A stretch of DNA of 64,000 bases, taken from contig OZ024749.1 of NCBI GenBank assembly GCA_964016885.1, forward strand, positions 28,892,001-28,956,000. The letters run 5' to 3'. Origin of the DNA: Eledone cirrhosa (taxonomy: Eukaryota). The notes beneath the pieces were generated by a model. That model worked only from the letters and a program-made list of their open reading frames with translations. It made no database searches and was not told the origin of the DNA. Within the stretch, counting starts at the first letter, position 1, and each line of letters begins with the position of its first letter. This document shows positions 11,868 through 64,000 of this stretch, in pieces. The position numbers and the translations under genes are program-made.

Positions 11868-12689
11868 GATATTAAACAAATGGAAACTATATTTATAAAA
11901 CCATATTTATTTCATTATACATATTTCAGGGATAAAACTTGTTGAGTGCTTTATATCAGTTATAAAATATTTACTTGTTGTAACCCAACAATTTTAAATA
12001 AAACTTTTGCATATATATACATACATATACAAACAGTAAAAAAGATAACAAAGCAACAGTACAATGAACATTATACACAGAACATAATATATATATGTAT
12101 ACACCTCTCTATTATATGTATGAAGTCAGCCTGTCAGTAGATGTTTGTTGTTATTTATATACCAATCTAACATGTATTTCTATACATCCTCACCATGTAT
12201 ATATATTCTTATGATTTGTGTATTAATGACAAACTATAAACAAACTTGTCAGGTCACCTATATATATATATGTATATATATATACATCATGTCGAGTCTC
12301 CTCGCGTGTGAGTGTGTGCGTACAAAACATTGACAACAAATATATACAAAGCTTATCACTACCAGTCATGTACTGATTCGATGTAATAAACTTACCCATC
12401 TCCCTCTCCCTAACAATTTACTGGCCTTGTGTATAACTTCTTTAAATTTCTCCTGGGTGATCTTCTTCTTTACCACGGGGGAATATTCCTTGTTAGAAAA
12501 TTCCTTGGAAATTCCTCATTGTTTTCGTTGATTCCGACCCCTTTTTTTACTTTGATCTAACCCTCTACACTTTTTGTTGAACTTTGTCCTTGTTTTGTCC
12601 TCTTCCTAACATGCGGCCCTTGTAGCCAAATAAACGTACGTATGTATGTATGCATGTATTTATTAGTAATTAACATCCTGTCGAGATTA

Positions 12690-13210
12690 TCTTTGCCTTT
12701 CATCCTTACTGGGGATCGATAAATAAAGTACCAGCAATGCACTGTTGTTGATTTAATCGACTTTCCCCTACCCACTCCCATGAAAAAAAAATCGTTCGCC
12801 TTGCCAATAAATGAAACCATTATGCGGTGAATTGGCAGTATCGGTAGAGGGTTGGACGCCATGCTTTCTAGCTTAGTTACGTCCCTTTACAGTCTGAGTT
12901 CAAATCCTGCCGAGGTTAGCTTTGCCTTTCATCCTTACGGGGTCGATAAAATAAAGTACCAGTAATGTACTGAGTAATTGCTGGCCTTGTGCCTAAAGTA
13001 GAAACAATTATTATTATTATTACTTTGCCTTTCATCCTTACGGGGTCAAGGTACTGAGTATGTGCTGGCCTTGTGCCTAAAGTAGAAACGATCATTATTA
13101 CTCCGCCGAGGTTAACTTTGCCTTTCATCCTTACGGGGTCGATAAAATAAAGTACCAGTAATGTACTGTGATAATTGCTGGCCTTGTGCCAAAAGTAGAA
13201 ACAATTATTA
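12690..13210 (+). mobile_element. SINE family A full copy plus tandem partial copies
   Basis: Repeated core and ATT tails. Confidence 0.85.
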
Positions 13211-13590
13211 CTGAGTGGAGTGGTGGTTTATTAAGGGTGGTGTTTATGTGGGGTGTGGGTTACTTTGGGGTGGTGTTTATTTGGTATGTGGAGGGGGAGT
13301 TAGATTTATTATTGATGTGGGTTTATGTGGGGTGTAGGTTTATTTGGGTTGTGAGGTGTGAGTTTATTTTGGATGTATGTTTAAATTTGGGGTGTAGGTC
13401 TATTTGGGGTGATGAGTTTATTTGGGATGTGGGATTATATTTGGGGTGATGAGTTTATTTGGGATGTGGGTTTATATTTGGGGTGTTGGTTTATTTGGGG
13501 TGAGGGTTTATTTGTGATATGAGTTTATTTGGGGTGTAGGTATATTTGGGGTGGTGTTTATTTTGGACGAGGGTTTATTTGGGGTGTGGG
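13205..13590 (+). repeat. G/T-rich low-complexity repeat
   Basis: Repeated tttatttggggtgtggg variants. Confidence 0.8.
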
Positions 13591-14269
13591 TTCATAAGAT
13601 GTCTTGATGTCTTATGTGTCTTAGTGGAAAATATTCTTCGTTGTGGCAACGAAAGGTCAAATAAATAAACGGCAACATAGATGGAGAGAGTGGGTGTTAA
13701 AGTATATAGAGGGTGTATATACAAAGAGTGTATATACAGGGTGTATATATATATATATAGAGGGTGTATATAGAAGGTGTATATACAGTATATATATATT
13801 GAGTGTATATAGAAAATCTATATATAGAGGGTGTATATAGTGTATATAGAGGGTGTATATATAGAGATTGTATATAGAATGTGTATATAGAGAGTGTATA
13901 TAGAGTATATACACAGTAAACATATATATAATATATGTGTGCTTTTATATATATATATAAAGACTTACCAGGTAAGATATGTCGATTTAAATCCAATTCT
14001 CTTCCACGTCACTCCAACACAACAACAACAACATTAAATTTGAAATACTTTATAGATGACAATATCTGCTTCTGTCTTTATCTCTCTCTATCTCCCTCTC
14101 TCTCTCTCCCTCTCTCTCTGCTAAATATTTACAGTAAATATTGATGTCTTCCTTGGAATTTCACCAACATTCAATATATTCGTATCAATCACTGATCGTT
14201 CCAAATGACATGTCGGTTATTATTAATGTCGACAACAACAATAAAAATAATAATAAAAAATGTTTTCCC

Positions 14270-15000
14270 TGCCTTGCTTCCTCACTGTCTGTCTGTTTAT
14301 CTCTCCGTATCCTTCGCTCTTTCTCGCTGTCTATCTGTTTTTCTCCCTTGTTTCTTACTGTCTGTCTGTTTTTCTCTCTCTGTTTCCTTCGCTTTTCCTC
14401 GCCGTCTCTCTGTTCCTCTCTCTTTCCTTCGATCTTCCTGTCTATCTATTTCTCTCTCTGTTTCCCTCTCTTATTCCTTACTATCTATCTGTTTATGTTG
14501 CCCTCTCTTGTTTCTTACTGTCTCTGTGTCTCTCCGCGTTTCCCTCACTGTCTATTTATTTCTCTCTATTTACCCCTTCCTTCCTCATTGTCTATCTTCT
14601 TTCTCAGTTTCTCTTATTCCTCACTGTCTATCCCTCTCTCTGTTTTTCTCTCTCCTTCCTCACTGTCTTTCTGTTTTTCTCCCTCCTTTCTCACTGTCTT
14701 TCTGTTTCTGTTTTTCTCCCTTCTTTCCCACTGTCTGTCTGTTTCTCTCTCTTTGTAATTCCCCCTTTCTTTCTCACTGTCTATCTATTTCCCTCTCTTC
14801 TTCCTCACTGTCTATCTATTTCCCTCGCTCTTTTTCACTGTATATCTATTTCACTTTCTTTCATCATTTCTCTCTCTCTTACTATACTCAGTTTCTCCGT
14901 CTATATGTCTATCCTTCTTCCTCCAGCCTCTCTCTCTCATACGTTAAAGAGCTGTTTCCCTCACTGTCTATCTATCTGCCTTCTTTCTTTCACTTTCCCT
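14270..15000 (+). repeat. Long polypyrimidine (CT-rich) low-complexity tract
   Basis: Repeated ctcactgtctatct/ttctctctc blocks. Confidence 0.85.
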
Positions 15001-15923
15001 CATCATTAGATGTAAAGCTATCAGAGAATCGCTTTCCCGACGCATACATGTGTGTATATATATATAAATTATATGTATGTATACATATATAAATTATATG
15101 TGTGTATATATATATACACGAGAGGGAGATTTTGTTTTGTTTGTCTCTCTTTATACATCTTACCATTATTTCTTCCCTTTCCCCTAACACTTCTTATCTA
15201 TCTGTCTGTCTCTATCCACGTCTTACGCCTACACCTCCATCACAACAAGGCAATTCCGTTATCACAACTAAGCCTCCAGTATTTATAATATTATGATTAT
15301 CTTGGGGGTAAATAAAAAATAAGCGAACCCATATGTAAAGGAGTAAGAACCATCTGGGGTATGGATATTAACCGGTAACTAATGTATGTATATATATAGA
15401 TAGAGAGGGAGAGGATTACATTGATTAAATCCCAGTAGTTTTAATGTCCAACATAAATATACGTTGTGTTTAAGTCTAACCCGTATTGTGTTTGGACGAA
15501 CAGCTGTGTTATTAATTAGTGTTGAAGCTAGTTGAATGCCAGTGTTTTGAATATATAACTAGTAACGACTGATTTTTTTTTACTTCCATATGTACCAGTG
15601 TTATAGAAACATAACCTCTCGGAGTCTAATGAAAAGTAATCAATAATGAATTATAATATTATTAATAGGAGACACACGTTTGTGGTGGATGGAGTCCAAT
15701 TGATTAAACTAAACAGACCTCCAGTACATGTCTGGTACGTGAGTTCAAAACAACTCACTCTCCAAATAGAAACTGATAATAGCAGACGTTTTTGTATAAC
15801 AGGGGACGATATTATGAAATACACCGTATATTGTTATTCACAATATCGTAATAAAGAAAGAAACAAGGGGGAAGTAACTACTACACGGAATAATTGCCTC
15901 CTTGACTTAGAGCGACATCTGTA

Positions 15924-15932
15924 TTTCGCGCC
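15924..15932 (+). promoter_or_regulatory. E2F consensus binding site (TTTCGCGCC)
   Basis: Exact TTTSSCGC match about 30 bp upstream of the POLA1 ATG in CpG-poor DNA; POLA1 is a classic E2F target. Confidence 0.7.
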
Positions 15933-15960
15933 ATAATTCAAGTTAGATATTTTTCTAATT

Positions 15961-61873
<45,913 letters not shown>

Positions 61874-62134
61874 GTAAGTAGTTTTTTAATTTTTTTGCAA
61901 AATTTCTGTATTTGATGATCTGTAAGGCCCACTCTTTTTTGCTTTTGTTTGTCATAAAAAAAGAAGACTAAAAAAATACTGTCCAGGTATTATATGTAAA
62001 GTTGAGCCACGTTTTTTAATAGTATATGCTTACCTGTATTTGCATAAAAAATTATTCCCTTAATTTTCTATGAAGTTGGGTGGGAGGGCATATCTGTTTC
62101 ATATACATCCTGTTCGCAGCGTTATTTCTTTTAT

Positions 62135-62485
62135 GGAGGCACATGGCTTAGTGGTTAGAGCATTGGCCTTGCAATCGAAAGGTTGTGAGTTCAATTCTCA
62201 GACCGGGTGATGTGTTGTTTCCTTGAGCAAGACACTTTATTTCACATTGCTCCAGTTTACTCAGCTGTAGAAATGAGATGATAGGACTGGGGTCCCTATC
62301 ATTCCACTGCAAAGTGGTTGTGGAGGTGCCACGGCAAAAAAGCACCCAGCACTCACTGTAAATGAGGTTGGTGTTAGGAAGGGCATCCAGCTGTAGAAAT
62401 CAAGCCAGAATCAGTTCCCGTCCAACCCTTGCAAGCAGGGAAAAAGCGGACGTAAAAATGAAATGATGAAATGATGATGAATGAT
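62135..62485 (+). mobile_element. SINE family B full-length copy
   Basis: Near-identical to 29740-30081. Confidence 0.9.
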
Positions 62486-62492
62486 ACATGTT

Positions 62493-62523
<31 letters not shown>

Positions 62524-62867
62524 ATCTGTGTATATATATATATATGTATGTATATACGTGTGTGTGTGTGCGCATATAAGTATGTGTGTATATATATATA
62601 TATGTGTGTGTGGGTGTGTGTATATATATATATATATATACATATAGACCTCATACACTTGTATATAAATATATAACAAGTTATAAAAGAAGAGGAGGGG
62701 GCCACACCCATAACTGATAATATTGCAATATTTGCAACAGATACAAAATTACATAGCCATCATGGGCCCATCAAAATGGACATACAGTTTTAACCCCTAC
62801 AAACAATACTGCTGGTCCATCTGGGATCAACTTTGTCCTTGTAGTATTTAGACAAAAACCAAACCAA

Positions 62868-63632
62868 ACTTGCTGGGCATTACAGTCAGCAGCGATTTGC
62901 GTTGGACGAAGCACGTCTCTAAAATTGTCAAGAGAGCCGAGGGTGTCTTAGCATCACTCAGCAAGACCTTTGTCAGCCGCTCTCCAGATATCTATTTAAG
63001 GCTGTACATGGCTATGGTGCGACCACACTTAGAATTTGCATCACCAGTCTGGAACCCCTATCTTGCTCAGAACATTGACCTCCTGGAAACTGTTCAGAGA
63101 TGTGCAACCAAGCGAATACCCTCCATCAGGCATCTACAATACTCTGAGCGCCTTGCTTCCCTGGGCATGGATACATTGAAGCTCCGACGCCTGGCAACTG
63201 ACTTGGTAAACACCCACAAAATTGTTAACCATGATGCCAACAACAACCCTGAGTACCTTTTTGATTTCCATGTGTCTAACACACGTGGACATGCCCACAA
63301 AGTAAGAAAACAGCACAGTCCACAAAGTAAGAAAACAGCACAGTCCACAAAGTAAGAAAACAGCACAGTTCCCATGACTTTCGGAAACATTTTTTCACGC
63401 TCAGAGTTGCTGAAGCATGGAACAAACTACCTGCATCAGTTGTTAGCTGTCGAGACACTGCATCCTTTAAGGCCTCCATGCTTCCCGAGATCCGCCAACA
63501 CTACAGCTAACACATACACACATGTACTTCCCTGACATTTGTGTATTATTCTATGTACTATACATACACCTTTGACGAGTTGTAGTGCACCTGAGCACTT
63601 TACACAATAATTTCATTATTATTATTATTATA
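62868..63632 (+). mobile_element. CR1 LINE 3' fragment (same family) with a 25-bp internal triplication
   Basis: LGITVSSDLRWTKHV...; ccacaaagtaagaaaacagcacagt x3; (ATT)n tail. Confidence 0.9.
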
Positions 63633-63722
63633 GAATTAAATGTACAACGTTTAAGTCGTGCAATATGTGATGAAGGGGGCCAGTTAGAAAGTGATGTACA
63701 AAGAGGAAAATGTGTGTGTGTA

Positions 63723-63755
<33 letters not shown>

Positions 63756-63881
63756 GTAGGAGGTGAGTTTTATTGTAGTACAATAAAGCAATGCAGATAT
63801 CGGATAAGAAGCACTCTACAGTTTGTAGGACTGGAGTATACATAATATATAAGATCAAAAGATGGTTAAATGAGTTCCATG

Positions 63882-63952
63882 TATTTTATTATGCGCATTT
63901 CAAAAACAAATATCATCATGCAATAACATTTGTGTTTTCATCAGATAAAATA
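63882..63952 (-). ncRNA. Minimal type I hammerhead ribozyme, intact core
   Basis: Minus strand reads TATTTTAT-CTGATGA-stem II (caaatgtta/tgatatttg)-GAAA-tgcgca-TA-ATAAAATA; 8-bp stem I; palindromic ATGCGCAT stem III. Confidence 0.8.
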
Positions 63953-64000
63953 GGAGGACATGATATGAAGGTTAAAAAACACTTGTGGATAGTGCAGTTT

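Noticed and set aside
14141-15092. Leu/Ser/Phe-rich membrane-like ORFs
   Set aside because: CT-rich low-complexity tract open in all three frames.
13960-15300. Divergent minus-strand gene (GTAAG donor-like sites near 13967 and 15226)
   Set aside because: No open, recognisable coding frame. Non-coding exons cannot be supported without transcript data.
62690-62860. Additional hammerhead on the minus strand
   Set aside because: Both core boxes are degenerate (CAGATGG / AAAACTG) and there is no clear stem II; too weak to call.
63930-64000. Next POLA1 exon after tttcatcag
   Set aside because: The phase-0 frame hits TAG at once and lacks the expected YSDKxLYxQL-like sequence. The site is the antisense hammerhead.

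Overview
AT-rich, repeat-dense eukaryotic DNA. The SINE, LINE and (TA)n landscape suggests a cephalopod (Octopus-like), but this is inference. The only host gene I can support is a + strand DNA polymerase alpha catalytic subunit (POLA1). I assembled 36 coding exons by hand from ATG 15961 to 61873, with GT-AG introns and consistent phases; the last exon(s) lie beyond the window. A canonical E2F site sits just upstream of the ATG. The rest is mobile and repetitive DNA: two tRNA-headed SINE families, RTE/CR1/CRE/Tx1-like LINE fragments, nested non-autonomous Helitrons, piggyBac- and mariner-like MITEs, and 60-bp and 33-bp minisatellites with higher-order structure. The most interesting hidden signal is a set of more than ten minimal type I hammerhead-ribozyme motifs (CTGANGA-stem II-GAAA-short stem III-NUH) of several unrelated sequence families. 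They sit mostly next to (TA)n tracts and inside long palindromes, which is the signature of Penelope-like element terminal repeats. One multi-copy family keeps all three helices but carries a non-canonical CAGAAGA core. All folding and homology calls were made by eye; no searches were run.
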